64,000 nucleotides of DNA, from NCBI RefSeq assembly GCF_009914755.1, contig NC_060944.1; one strand, given 5' to 3'. The stretch's first letter is position 1. Every line of letters starts with the position of its first letter. Made by a program: the position numbers and the translations under genes. Source of the stretch: the human T2T-CHM13v2.0 reference genome, Homo sapiens. The notes beneath the pieces were generated by a model. The model was not told the origin of the DNA. It saw nothing but the letters and a program-made list of their open reading frames with translations, and did no database searches. This document shows, piece by piece, positions 30,371 to 45,764 of this stretch.

Positions 30371-30717
30371 TTCTAAACTGCTTCTGTATAACCAAAACTT
30401 ATATCTGAGCTGTCCAGATTCTTTCTGGAAATATTTGAGGAGGATGTCCAAAAAGAAGACAAAGAGGAGATTCTCACAACCTTCAAGAAGTGAAAGTATA
30501 CTGTCAAGCTAAATTAGGCAATGCCACAATAACAAATAAACACTCAAAATCCCAGCAGCTTAACATAACATAAGTTGATTTCTCTCTCAAATGTATTCCA
30601 ACACAGGTCTGGAACTCTATTGTGAAACTCTTCTCCACGTAGTGACTCAGGGACCTAGGATCCCTCCACCTTGTGACTTTACCATCTCAACATATGACCT
30701 CCGGGATAGAGTGATTA

Positions 30718-31145
30718 TGTGTTAACAAAGGCCAGGCATTCAGCCTATGTCCCATTGCTTCCCACACAGAAAGCCAATCACTGAGACAATGAGTAATGCC
30801 AGGGAAAAAGGCTTTATTATGGGTGACATCAGCCAAAGAGATGGTAGGAAAACTTCAAACCCTTCTCTCTCCCTTGACTAAAGTTAGGGGTTTATATAGC
30901 AGAGAAGGAAAACAGGAGGGGGAAGGAAGTGGAGTTGGTCAACAGGCAGCAGGTGGTCAAATGAGGGGTCTGGCATCTCTTTGTAGCCATGTGAAGGAAG
31001 AAGGAATTAGGGAGGGGTGAGAAAGAGGATGTGGTTGACATGCAGCAGGTGCATCTCAGTGTACAAATGTAAGTTTCTCAAGCTTCTGTCCTATGGGCAT
31101 CCAGCTTGTTGGAAATTTGGGCTCGTTTCTTATGGATGTGTCACA
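30718..31145 (-). mobile_element. ERV1 (MER4-group-like) solo LTR nested in an old MLT1 LTR (~30500-31310)
   Basis: TG...CA termini with 4-bp TSD atta (30714-30717, 31146-31149); motif agccaatcactgagacaatgagta...ggctttatt. Confidence 0.7.
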
Positions 31146-33147
31146 ATTACTCTTAAACGTCTCAGAATGGAAGTGAAATATGTATCACTTCCACTCTCAT
31201 TTCTTTGGCTAGGATTCATCACATGATCCTGCCAAACTGCAAGGCAGGCTGGGAAGTTTAATTTTCCCATATGCCCAAGATACACCTGAGCCAAGAATTC
31301 TCTACCACAGCTAATATGAGTGAGAATCAGAGAATTTTCATATATTTTGTGATAAGTAATCTTTGCTTAGAATGAACAAAAACTGAAGTCAATACCATTA
31401 TGCACCTTGGCTTTATTTAAAAGCTATTTGTGTAACATATATTTGACTAATAGAACATACTGTACCCACCTAAATATATAATGTATCTACCTGGACTCTG
31501 CCTAGATCCAGCTAAATGGCTCAGATTATCAATCAGGTGGTTTTTGTGGCTTTTAATTATCACAAACCATCTGTAAGAAAAGCCAGTTTCAGGAGGAAAT
31601 AGGGTTACTTGCTTTTAGGTCTCTTTGATCCAGTAATATACGGATCATTTTGGTCTGACTTCCTAGGTGAAAACAGGAGGCAACAGAAGGGAGCACTTCT
31701 CCCTCTTATTTAATCTCTAACCTTGAAAAAACACTCAAACAGACGTGAGTATGTATCAGAGAGTTCCCATGACAACCAATTCTCACCCTCTCCTGTCTTT
31801 CAGAACACCATGAAGTCATCTTCTACTTACTCACAATTGGATTATAAACTGTGTGAGGGCAGAGCCTAAGACTAACTCATGTCTGCGTTCTAAGATACTG
31901 GAGCAGTGTCTGGCTCATAAAGGACATCAATGGGTGTCCTAAATACATGTCAATTGCTTGAATTGAATGACAGGGCAGATTGGCTATGGGGCAGGTCTCA
32001 GAGTGTGTAGGTTTATTCCTAGAGCATATGGGCCCGGAACTTTCTTCAGGAAAGAAGGTCTGGGAAGTATGTGTGCAGTGACATTTCTTGTGTTCCTCCC
32101 TAACTTGAAAATCCCCCTCTTCTGACAACAGTGAGGCTCTAGGACCCTGTCCTTACACTTAGTGGACCCAAGCATGGAGCATGTGACCCTGGCCAGAGCC
32201 AATCAGAATATCCCTGGCCAGTGGTTCAGGAGTGGGCACATAAGCTAAGTCAGCCCAGCAAGAATGAATCTTAGGACTTCTTCAAAAATTACTGGAAAAG
32301 ACACTTGCTCTTTCCTGCTGAACTTGAATAGAAAGCTGGAGTCACTGGAGCTCTCATGCCACTATAGGGACCATCGGAATGAAGCCAACACACCAAGGAA
32401 AGCCAGAATGCTGAAAGACACTAGTTACTGCTGAAATAGCTTGAAGCAAGTAACCAGTTTTACCCTTGGACTTTTCCTATTCCTAGGTATAAGTCCAACT
32501 AGTAGAGCCACGTCTCTAGGAAGGTCAGCAAGACAGGAGCCTTTTTTATTGTTATTCTTTAGCATTAAATAAAGGCTGGAGATTGGACATTTCAAGCTCC
32601 AGGGTCTATGTTTGGATCTTTATCATCAGCCTTGAATGCTTGAAAATGATACCACAATGGCCTAAGAATATGATGATGAATTGTATGTAAGCTGTCTGCA
32701 TATCAGAATTTATAATTCTATCTAGGATTCGGATCCAAAGCAAATTCTCTTATGTTTTATTTTCTTCCCATTTCCTCCTCCACATTTCCCAGCCTACTAG
32801 CAACTAGCCATTAACCAGTCATAGCCAGTGACATGTGGGCAGAAGTGATGTGTGTCACTTCTGGCTGAGAGAGCAAAAAGCCCAGGTTCAATTCTCCTCC
32901 TCTCTGTAGCAACAGGGGATGCCATGTATTCCAGATGGTGCAGCTACAGCTAAAAATGACAGCAAAGCCATCAGCCTAAGACCTTGAGAGACTCTATGGA
33001 GCAGAGTCCTCTGGCAACCTGCAATGGGATGTGAGGTCTGCATGAGAAAAAAAGAACCACTTCTATTGAGTTAAGCCACTGAGATCTGGAGGCTGATGTT
33101 TAAAGAAGCATAACTGGCCAATTTCTACAATTCATGGAGATTTGTAG

Positions 33148-33192
33148 GTTTTTTTTTTTTTTTTTTTGAGACGGAGTCTCTCTCTGTTGCCG
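33148..33192 (-). mobile_element. Extremely 5'-truncated Alu (about 25 bp of body plus poly-A)
   Basis: T-run followed by gagacggagtctctctctgttgcc; TSD taggttt at 33145-33151 and 33194-33200. Confidence 0.8.
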
Positions 33193-33708
33193 ATAGGTTT
33201 CTAATTGTGCTTTCCCCAATAACTCAGAAAATATTTTCCTTCAAGTTTTAAGTTATACCAGAAGCATTAAATAGTGGGAAGAGCATTTCCAAAGGTCTTG
33301 CCTAGGTCAATCAAGACAGGAGGTTGATCTAAATAATTACTCATATGAGGAATCTCAAACAACAAAAGTAAAGTAGGTATTTGTTTGAGGAATACATAAG
33401 GGAAAATATCAAAATAAAACCAGAAATCCCTGGCACCAACATGTAAAGGTTTTCTCTTCTCATAAGAAAAAAGTGACTACTAGACAAACATCATTAACCT
33501 TAAGCAATATAAACTGCAGTCATTCTGTCTGCATATATCAGCTGTTGTGAGATCATTTTCTCTCAACTCTTTTATATACATATGTCTCCACAAATTGACC
33601 AAAGAGAAACTTGTCTATTTTTGTAAAATGGAAGTCTCATTGGCATTTTTAGTTATTGATGAAAGTAAGCTTTCTTAATCGCTTAATAAATACACAGAAA
33701 GTGCTAAT

Positions 33709-34002
33709 AATTTTTTTTGAGACGGAGTCTCACTCTGTTGCCCAGCCTGGAGTACAGTGGCATGATCTCAGCTCACTGCAACATCTGCCTCCTGGATTCA
33801 AGTGATTCTTCTGCCTCACCCTCCTGAGTAGCTGGGATTACAGGCGTGCACCACGATTCCTGGCTAATTTTTGTATATTTAGTGGTGATGGGGTTTTTAC
33901 CATGTTGTCCAGGCTTGTCTCGAACTCCTGGCCTCAGGTGTTCTGCCCGCCTCAGCTTCCAAAAGCGCTGGGATTACAGGCGTGAGCCACCACAAACGGC
34001 AC
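33709..34002 (-). mobile_element. Alu (S-like)
   Basis: Full antisense dimer; TSD aaagtgctaat at 33698-33708 and 34003-34013. Confidence 0.93.
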
Positions 34003-35362
34003 AAAGTGCTAATTTTAAACCTTTTTTTAAGATTTTTTTTGGTCCATTTTCAGTACATGGATAACTGAAATCTACAGTGCTTATATGAAAATGTTCTGGG
34101 GTCCTTGTTAAGTTAGTAGATTGCTCTTTCTTCTGTATTTACACATTGCATATTTTTAATTGACTTCAAAGCTCTAATCTTCATGCCCCCCAAAAAAGGT
34201 TATTTTAAGTAGGCTTTGCATTGTATGGCAGATTGAAACAGGGTGCTAAGCAAAATGTGCTGTCAGTAACGTATTCATTAGAAACAAAATCCTTAGGGTA
34301 GTTCTAATTTATGAAAAACGAGCACAGAACAATAACTTAGGTAATAAAAATGTGTTCAAGAGCAAAGGATTAAAGTGAGACAAAAGCAAACTACAACGTG
34401 CTGTGATGGAGATGTCTTTCCTGTCTTTATTTTAATCAATACTAAAAAAGAAATAAGCTGGGTAGCTCCTAACGACTTAAAAATGCAAATCCTAACCAAA
34501 GTCAAATTCTTTTCTCATATTTCTTAGAGCTTGTAGATTCCGAGCATAGTGAACCATGGAAGGGAAAGGGAGAAAGAACCAAATTATTTAAACTTTGAAA
34601 GCAATATTTTCATCTGATTTGGAAAGATTCACTAAAACTTTCATTTTTGTTAAAATAAACTTTCAGAGTTCACACAATGACTAGGATCTGGCATTTCTAC
34701 AAACATTCCCAAAGAGATTCTAGCACACAGTAAATGCTCAATATTTGATGAATGAATTAATATTACCATCATCTGAATAAAGATTACCAATACTATTTTG
34801 CTAGGAACAACAATTTTTAAAAATTGCCTTTCTTTAGTCTCTGCTTTGTGTTGTTGACCCCCATATAGGTCGGTCTGATCCAATTCCATCATGACCAGTG
34901 TTTCATCTCATTTGCTCTGAAACCAGGTCCATAGCAGGACTACAGGGACAGCAACACGCTGTGGGAAAGTAGGTGCTCCCAGTCGCATCAAGGGAGACTG
35001 TATATTCAAGGGATATGTACATTCTAGTCTATTTTGTAACTCTTCCCCTTAGCCAGGCACAGCCAGGAGGGTGGTGTCCAGGCCAGGAGGACAGCCTGAG
35101 GGGCAGCAGTGGCTTGGAAATAGAGGAGTCCTGAAGCACAAACCCAGCACTGGCCAAGCTCCTGCACACCCTTTGTTATTGACAGCTCATGAGCTATCAG
35201 CAAATAAGCCATTGTTTTGATGGATTTTTCCGTAGTCCCATCTGCCCCAGGAAAAGTCATATAAGTCACCCTTTGCCATTTTCTGGAAGGGTAACCTGGT
35301 ACGGCCTACAAAGAATGGGCCAGAAGATCACGAGTGACCTCTCCATTGTAGAACCCAATCAA

Positions 35363-35709
35363 CCAGAGAGCACAGGACTATTGGGATGAGGTGGACCAGG
35401 GAGCACAGGACCATTGAGATGAGACGGGGCAGGGAGCACGGGATCATGGAGACAAGACGGACCAAGGAGCACGGGACCACGGAGACGAGATGGACCAGGG
35501 AGCACAGGGCCATTGAGATGAGACAGAGCAGGGAGCACAAGGCCACTGAGATGAAACGGAGCAGGGAGCACAAGACCATGGAGACAAGATGGACCAGGGA
35601 ACACGGAGACGAGGTGGACTAGGTAGCACCTGACCATGAAGACGAGAAGGACCAGGAAGCACGAGACCATGGAGACGCTAGGGGGCAGGGACTGCGGGAC
35701 CACGGAGAG
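35363..35709. repeat. 33-bp minisatellite, about 10.5 degenerate copies
   Basis: Unit approximately ccagggagcacaggaccatggagacgagatgga; one unit has an internal deletion. Explains the repetitive ORFs at 35328-35703. Confidence 0.92.
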
Positions 35710-35728
35710 GAATCCAGGCAGATGGCAA
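35675..35728 (+). promoter_or_regulatory. Two tandem CTCF-like motifs (candidate)
   Basis: acgctagggggcag (35675-35688) matches CCRSYAGRKGGCRS at 13/14; caggcagatggcaa (35715-35728) at 12/14. Motif match only. Confidence 0.4.
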
Positions 35729-35829
35729 CGTGTGAATGTTGTTCAGGCATTCTTTTGGTAGGAATGAAAACACAAATGAAGCCATTTAAACCCTCCCGGT
35801 CTCAGGCTGTCTTGAAATTACCATAGAAG

Positions 35830-36995
<1,166 letters not shown>

Positions 36996-36997
36996 AA

Positions 36998-38509
<1,512 letters not shown>

Positions 38510-41500
38510 ACAATGAGAACACATGGACATAGGAAGGGGAACATCACACTCTGGGGACTGTTGTGGGGTGGGGGGAGGGGGGAGGGATAGCACTGGGAGA
38601 TATACCTAATGCTGGATGACGAGTTAGTGGGTGCAGCTCACCAGCATGGCACATGTATACACATGTAACTAACCTGCACATTGTGCACATGTACCCTAAA
38701 ACTTAAAGTATAATAATAATAAATTAATTAATTTAAAAAAAAGAAACTAGAAAAAAGAAAAAAGAAAAAAAAAAAAAGAAATTACCATAGAAGCCAAAGT
38801 TGAGAGATACCCCAAGGCCAACCACCCATAGCCACGTACCACGTAAGCAAAACTTAGTTATCCTGATTTCCCTGAGATGCTATCTCAAATCACAATGAAA
38901 CACAACATGTAAGCTTTACATTCTTGTCAATATGATTCAGTGAAATTAAGCCAAACAGCTATAGATAAATCAGCTTAAACAACTCTGCTTGCCTTAACAA
39001 GAACATTAATGCATAACAGCCAACCATAAAAAAGGCCAAAATACTTCTTGATGCTTTATAAGCTATGCTGTAACTGCTATAAGGTGAGCTTCTTACTGTC
39101 TTCATTTGAAGTTTCCTGGTTCAAGATCGGCCAACTGTTCCTTTGTAAACATAATATACTTTAAATTTTTAAAAATTTGATCTGATATAATTATTTTTCT
39201 GAATTTGACTTGATTTTATTTTTGAAACTCCCAACACTGCTCTTCTGGGAGGAAAAAAAAAATCTAATGAGAAAACTGGAGAATAAGAAAAGTCAGATCA
39301 GAAGTTGATTTTTCTCTCTTTCGCTTTCTCTCTAATGGCTCAATTCCCATGTTTACCTCATGTTTTGGTTTGCAAAGTAGATTGTTGCTTCTAAAAAGTC
39401 TTAGGATGCCTCCAACTTTTGGCCAATGGGGTGGCTTTGACTTTTGCAAAGAATTTTTATCCCCTTCTTATTCATTTCCTGCATTTAATTTTTCTTGAAT
39501 GCGGAAATATCGGAGAATTTTGCAATTGCATAACTGTCCTGGATTATTTTAGGAATCCTTCTCTTCGCTACTAAAATTTTACTCTCATTTACTCTCATTT
39601 TATTTTCAGAAAGAGCGTTGCCTTTCAACAAAATTACAAAGTAAAATGATTTTTGCTAAACAATGCATCTCGTTTAACAAAAGATAACTCCCCTCCTTCA
39701 AAAATAGCTGCAACATGAATATCACCAATTTTCATCCAAAATAAAATTATTTTCTCATGATAATCGTCATTCAGGAAGAAAAGGTAGGTGCAGCTATGTG
39801 GCCTTGAGCAACTTTTCTCATTTTTCTCAGTTTTCTCATCTATAAAATGGGGACAATGCTAGATGTTAAGCGTATTATAGGCAGTCTTTCGAGATGTCCC
39901 TTTTCTCTGACAAGTAGCCACCCACAGGGCACCTTCTTCTATCAGACTGGGCACCTTTTCAAATCAGATTGTCTCAAGAGTTTGGAACTGGCATTCAGAC
40001 ATAACCAGTCATATTGCTGAGTGTGACTCAAAATAAGGTGATGTAAACTTGCAAACTTCAGGGACAGCCATCCTGTGACATGTTTGTAAAGAAGGCATGA
40101 AAGCTAGCTGGGAGAGATAAAGGAATGAGATGGGCATGCAGAGAAATCAGGGCATGGGGACAGAGTAACTACCAGGGTTCCTGATGGCAGTCCACCTCCT
40201 AGCTCTGGTTCTGAGCTGTGACTGCATTCCAACATTTAACTCGCTGAAGACATTACTATAGCCTCATTTAAAAAAAAAGTAAAACTCCTCAAGCTTTTGT
40301 TTTTTTTTTTTTTTTTTTGGTTTTTTTTTTTTGCTAAATACATCACAAATTTGTTTTTATTCCTTACAACCAGAAGTGTCTTCACTAAAACACAAAAGGA
40401 AAAATGCCAAAGATATTTCTTTATCCACACTGGCCCTTCTAAGAGAACTCTGCTACCAGCCAGAGCTCACCATAGCCCCTCCCATGCAGGAATTCCAATT
40501 AAAGTAAAACAAGGTCTTTACAGTCACATGATCATCAATATGCATAAAAGTGACACCAAACCAACATCAAATGCCCAATTACCCATATGTCTTGCTCAGG
40601 TAACAGTCTTCATATAGGCAAAAGTTCTTTGGTAAATTATCTCGTTTAGAGAAATTAAAGCCAACTTTGAACACAGATGATTTCTCATCCTCGTAACAGC
40701 CACTCGCAGAATAATTGAAAGCGTTTCTCATCATCTAACATACCAGGTCAACATGGCACCATCGATCCATTTTATTTAGCCGGGAAGTTCAGCTCGGCAC
40801 AAGCCCTGATTTGTGCTTTCATGTGACTGGTAAGTAGTTCCTCACTCAAGAGAGGCCTCAGGATGAGACCTCTGCCAATTTGCTCTTTGAAAAGAGTCAG
40901 GCCTGGGTGTTCACTCTTACAACAGCCTAAAATCCAGATGTGCACATAACAATGGGAAGTGGGATAAGGTCAGGCCCATTTTGTGGCTGGCTGAGGGGAA
41001 GGGGTACATCTAGGGTATATCATGACCCTGAGACGTCGTAGTGTGGGGCCTTTAAGACTAGTTCAGAGAACTTCATGAATGATTTCCGGGAGTGTGGAGG
41101 AGGCCAGCATGTAGCTGACTGATGAATCATTCGCCACCGCACAGATGTTAACACAAAGAGTTCTCTTCATTCTCTGCACTCATGGTGTTCTGCTGTGTGC
41201 GTCCAAGTCGACCCATTTAACAATAAACTAGCTCTTAGTTTAGAGGGTAGAAATTCATACTCACTCTGCAGCTGAAGGGCTGGGCAGATTTAAGAAGGTC
41301 TAATTTTGATGCAAATCAACCTATTTTGCTGTATTTCTCGCTGAGTTTTTTTCTCTGGGCCCCTGTTACCAAGGGAAAGTTGGTTCAATGCTGACTCCCT
41401 CTCACCTCCCAAACATTGGCAATGTTTGAGCCTGGTTGAGCCTAGGGCTCAGAATATGAGATTAAATTTGTGAGACAAGCTTCTTTCAATCTAGTCAGCA

Positions 41501-41612
41501 TTTATCAAGTTTTTAGGGGCATCTAGGAAGTCCTAACAATGAGGTCTATTCAGGGTGGAGGACAAAACAAAATCAGACTGTGTCTTTGTTTAAGTGTGCA
41601 TTGTCAGTGTGT

Positions 41613-44320
41613 TAACTTCTAGTTTCAGCTACCGCAAGTAAAGAGTTGGGAAGCTGTCACTCCCATCCTCACAACAAGAAAAATGTAGATGAACTGAAAA
41701 TCAATGACTTTTCTTGGACCCATCAAAGAAGTGAAGTTGCAAGGCAAACTGTAGCCCCAAAATCCAAAGAGGAAAAAAAAAGCCACTGGGACTATAACTG
41801 ACAGGAATACTTAGATGGTAATTTTGATGAATTGCTGAAGGCTAAGTAGGGTCTAGATTGGGAGCTGCTATCCTAGGGGAACCCCACGATTCCATGGACT
41901 TTACCTCCAGAAACCCCACCAGGTTTTCATGAAGATCTAAGTAAGATCCCTAGATGACTCTGGCAGGAGAAGAACTGTAATCTTTGTGCAATAAATCCAG
42001 AGCCTTCCTCAAAACAAAGGCCCACATTTTGAAATTATTGCCCCAGTCAAGCTAATTAACATACATTGTGCACCCTAAATATATACAATTCTTATTTGTT
42101 AATTATACCTCAGTAAAGATGGAAAGATAAATAAATAAAATCCTAACTGAGCACATAGGGATAAAAAGTGGGGGAGCGGGGACTCCTCTCCAGGATAAAT
42201 ACATTCCCAGAGCTTTATCCCGGCTGGTAAAAGGGCATTCTCCCACTCCAGCCCCTCCAATCCTCCTGCCTCACCTAAGAGGGGTAAAACATAGTTATGA
42301 AGGGTCATGGCTGCAAGAATATGGACTGGGAACGCTGCATTCAGGGAAGAGAGTAGGGGCTGAGTGAATAAAACTATGGAGAAACACTTGTGAAGGTCAC
42401 AGCCCAGGAGACAGGTGCACTACAGGACTGGGATTTAACTGGTAGATTTTAGAAGTTTCCCCCTCCCCTATTACTTACTACCATGCCAACAGGACTCCAG
42501 TGTAATGATAGTGTGTTACAGCTAAAAGAGCTCCAAAACAAGGACTCTCTCTGAGGAGTATAAGCTTAAGAGGAGAGAAGAAAACAAGGACAAATTTGAA
42601 GCCTCTGGTATCTACAGTTACAGCAAACATTAAACACAAAACAGTCAGATTCTTATCCATATTATGACAAATCCACACAGTAAAGGCCTATTCACGTCAG
42701 CTCCTAATACCAAGAAAAGCATGGTCTGAAGAGTCAAAGCGAGTATCAGAACCAGACTCAGATATGACACCGATGTTGGAATTATCAGATAAAAAATGTT
42801 GAATAACTGTAACTAATGTGTTAACCCCTTATTCTCAAAAAAAGAAGACAACATGCAAGAATCAAATGGAAATTAAAAACACAGCACCAGAAATGAAGAA
42901 AGCCTTTGACAAGCTCATCAGTAAACTGAACACAGACAAAGAAAAAAATCAGCAAGCTTGAAGATAGGTCAAAGAAACTTCCCAACCTGAAATGCAAAGA
43001 CAAAAGAAAATTGAAGAAAAAAAAAAGTAGAAAACAGAGTAAATACTGTGGTACAATTACAAAAGGTGTAACATATTTGTAATTGGATACCAAAAGGAAA
43101 AGAAAGAGAAAAAGGAGCAGAAGAAATAATTGAATTATGGCTGAGAACTCCACAAAATTAATGATAGACACCAAACCACACATAGAGGAAGCGCTGAAAA
43201 CAACAATTGGAATAAATACCAAAATACGCACACACATGCACACACAAATACACACACACACAGGCATATCATATTCAAACGGCAGAAAATGAGAAACAGA
43301 GAGAAATCTCAAAAAAGCCATAGAGGGAGAAAGCATCTCACCTATGAAGGAACAAATATATGTATTACAGTAGACTTCACTTCAGAAACCATGCAAGCCA
43401 GAAAAGAGTGGAATAAAATATTTAAAGTGTTGGGGGGTGGAATTCTAAAATTCTATACCCAGTGAAATTATCTTTCAAAAGCAAAGAGAAATAAGCTTTA
43501 TCAACAAATAAAAATTGAAAGACTTTATCTTCAACAGACCTGCCCTGGAAGAAATGTTAAAAGTTCTTCAGGCAGAAGGAAAATGATACAGATCGGAAAA
43601 CTGAATCCACATAAAGAAAGGAAGAGCATCATAAAAGAAATAAATGAAGAGAAAATTTCTGGGTTTTTATGTTAGTCAGTGCTCCCATTGCTATAAAGAA
43701 ATACCTGAGACTGGGTAATTTATAAAGAAAAGAGGTTTAATTGACTCATGGTTAGGCAGGCTGTACAGGAAGCATGATGCTGACATCTGCTCAGGTTCTC
43801 AGGAGGACTCAGGAAGTTTCCAATCGTGGTGGAAGCGGAAGGGGAAGCAGACATGTCACGTGGCCAGAGCAGGAGCAAGAGACAGAACGGGGAGGTGCTG
43901 CAGTTTTAAATGACCAGATCTCACAAGAGCTCACTCACTATTGTGAGGACAGTTCCAAGGGTGATGATGCTAAACCATTCATGAAAAATTTACCCTCATG
44001 ATCCAATCACCTCCCACCAGGCCCCACCACCAACACTGGGATTACATTTCAATATGAGATTTGGGTGGGGACAAATATCCAAACTATATCAGTTTCCTTA
44101 TGTTTAATTCATCTAACAGATAAGCATCCGTCTAAAGTAATAATAGTAACAATGTATTTGGTGATTATAGCATATGGGTAAGTGAAATGAATTATAGTAA
44201 CATCACAGAGACAGGAGGGAAGAAATGGGCAAACTCTGTTATAACGCACATGAAGCATATACTGTTATTTGAATATGGATCTAGATTAGTTAAAATATGT
44301 GCATATATATATAATTCTTT
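41613..44320 (+). mobile_element. Old L1M 5' UTR and degraded ORF1
   Basis: acttctagtttcagc start; A-rich ORF1-like sequence (cagaaaccatgcaagccagaaaagagtgg, ttctatacccagtgaaattatctttcaaaa). Interrupted by an MST LTR and a mini-L1. Confidence 0.7.
43668..44091 (-). mobile_element. MSTB-like MaLR solo LTR
   Basis: ttgctataaagaaatacctgagactgggtaatttataaagaaaagagg...gggacaaatatccaaactatatca. Confidence 0.88.
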
Positions 44321-44571
44321 TTTTGTTTTTTGTTTTTTGTTTTTTTATGGAGTGTTGCTCTGCTGCTCAGGCTGGAGTGCAGTGGTGCAATCTCGGCTCA
44401 CTGCAAACTTTGCCTCCCAGGTTCAAGCAATTCCCTGCTTCAGCCTCCCAAGTAGCTGGGATTACAAGCACCTGCCATCACGCCTGGCTAATTTTTTGTA
44501 TTTTTAGTAGAGGCAGGGTTTCATCATCTGGGCCAAGCTGGTCTTGAACTCCTGACCTTGTGGTCTACCCG
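44317..44571 (-). mobile_element. AluS lacking its 5' end
   Basis: Antisense Alu ending abruptly at ggtctacccgc; no TSD seen. Confidence 0.88.
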
Positions 44572-45211
44572 CAAACATTAAATCTGTATTGCATATCATT
44601 TCCACCTGAATGTAAGCACCAAATGGCAGGGAGCTCATCTCACTCAGCTCTAAGTCTCTAGTGCCAGACACATCACAAGCCGCATGAAATATATGTTGGG
44701 TGGAATGCTTGATGGTTGGGCAGATGGACACTTGGATAGGTGAACAAATGAATTGATGATATGTGATCCATGCTCCCATGGGAATTCTAACACAGCAATC
44801 TCTAAATTTTTTTGCAGAATCTAATACCATATGATGTTAATAGCTGTGCCATGGTGTTAAAAGTTCTTCTATGCTCAAAAAATCTTTTAGAGAAATGCTC
44901 ACTTAAGGAAATTAAACAGATTTCTTGACTGTGAGAGAATGGAGACCATGCACTTTTCTCTTCCTAGAATTTAGCACAGCTGTTATTAGGCACTCAGTAA
45001 GATAATGACACGAATAAAATCATCATAGAGTAATTCACTCGTATTCATTCATTCCACAGGTATGCATTCAGCACCCACCATATTACAGACACTGAGCCAG
45101 GGTATAATGGGAGCAAAAATGAACAGAGACTCTGCCTTCATGGAGGGTATAGCATGGTAGAAGACAGACATTATTCCAATAGTTTCACAAAGAATTGTAA
45201 AATTACAATGA

Positions 45212-45392
45212 AGGGAGGCAGGGGAGGGAGGGAGAGCATCAGGATGAACAGTTAATGCATGCGGGGCTTAATACCTAGGTGAGGGGTTGATAGGTGCGGC
45301 AAACCACCAAGGCACACGTTTACCCATATAACATATCTGCGTGCCCTACACATGTATCCCAGAACTTAAAATAAAAGAAAATTGAAAAAAGA
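45212..45392 (+). mobile_element. Short older L1PA 3' UTR insertion inside an L2
   Basis: gcttaatacctaggtgaggggttgataggtgcggcaaaccacc...cccagaacttaaaataaaa; approximate TSD ttacaat. Confidence 0.82.
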
Positions 45393-45764
45393 AGTTACAA
45401 TTCAGTACTATTTGGAGAGGTAATAAGGCAAACAGCCTGGTCAAGGAGGTCAAGGTAAGCTAACCAAGCAGTTGAGAACCAAAGCATGAGGAGGAATTAA
45501 TATGGCAAAACAGATGGGGAAACTGCTGGAAAAGTGGCCCAGCAAAGGGAATAGTTAAAATCCTATAGCAGGAGAGAGCATGACACACACAACACACTGA
45601 AATGAGGCTAACGTGGCTGGGAGGAGGGGTTCCACAGGGGAGACAAGTTGAGCCTGAGAAGGTAAACGGGAGTCAAGGTATACCAGGCATTGAATGCCAA
45701 GGTAAGGACTTTGAAGCAGCTGGGTAACTATCAGATTTGCACTTTGAAAAAATCAGTTTGGGGA

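Noticed and set aside
31740-31810. Splice-like signals (gac|gtgagt at ~31746, polypyrimidine-cag at ~31803; also gtgagt at ~27952 and on the minus strand at ~18665)
   Set aside because: The first pair is only about 58 nt apart and no coherent exon chain or recognisable coding frame emerges. A lncRNA or host intron cannot be excluded.
35363-35709. 33-bp periodic repeat as a CRISPR-like array or repetitive protein gene
   Set aside because: Units are head-to-tail with no unique spacers and the context is primate DNA. The open frames follow from the unit length being a multiple of 3.
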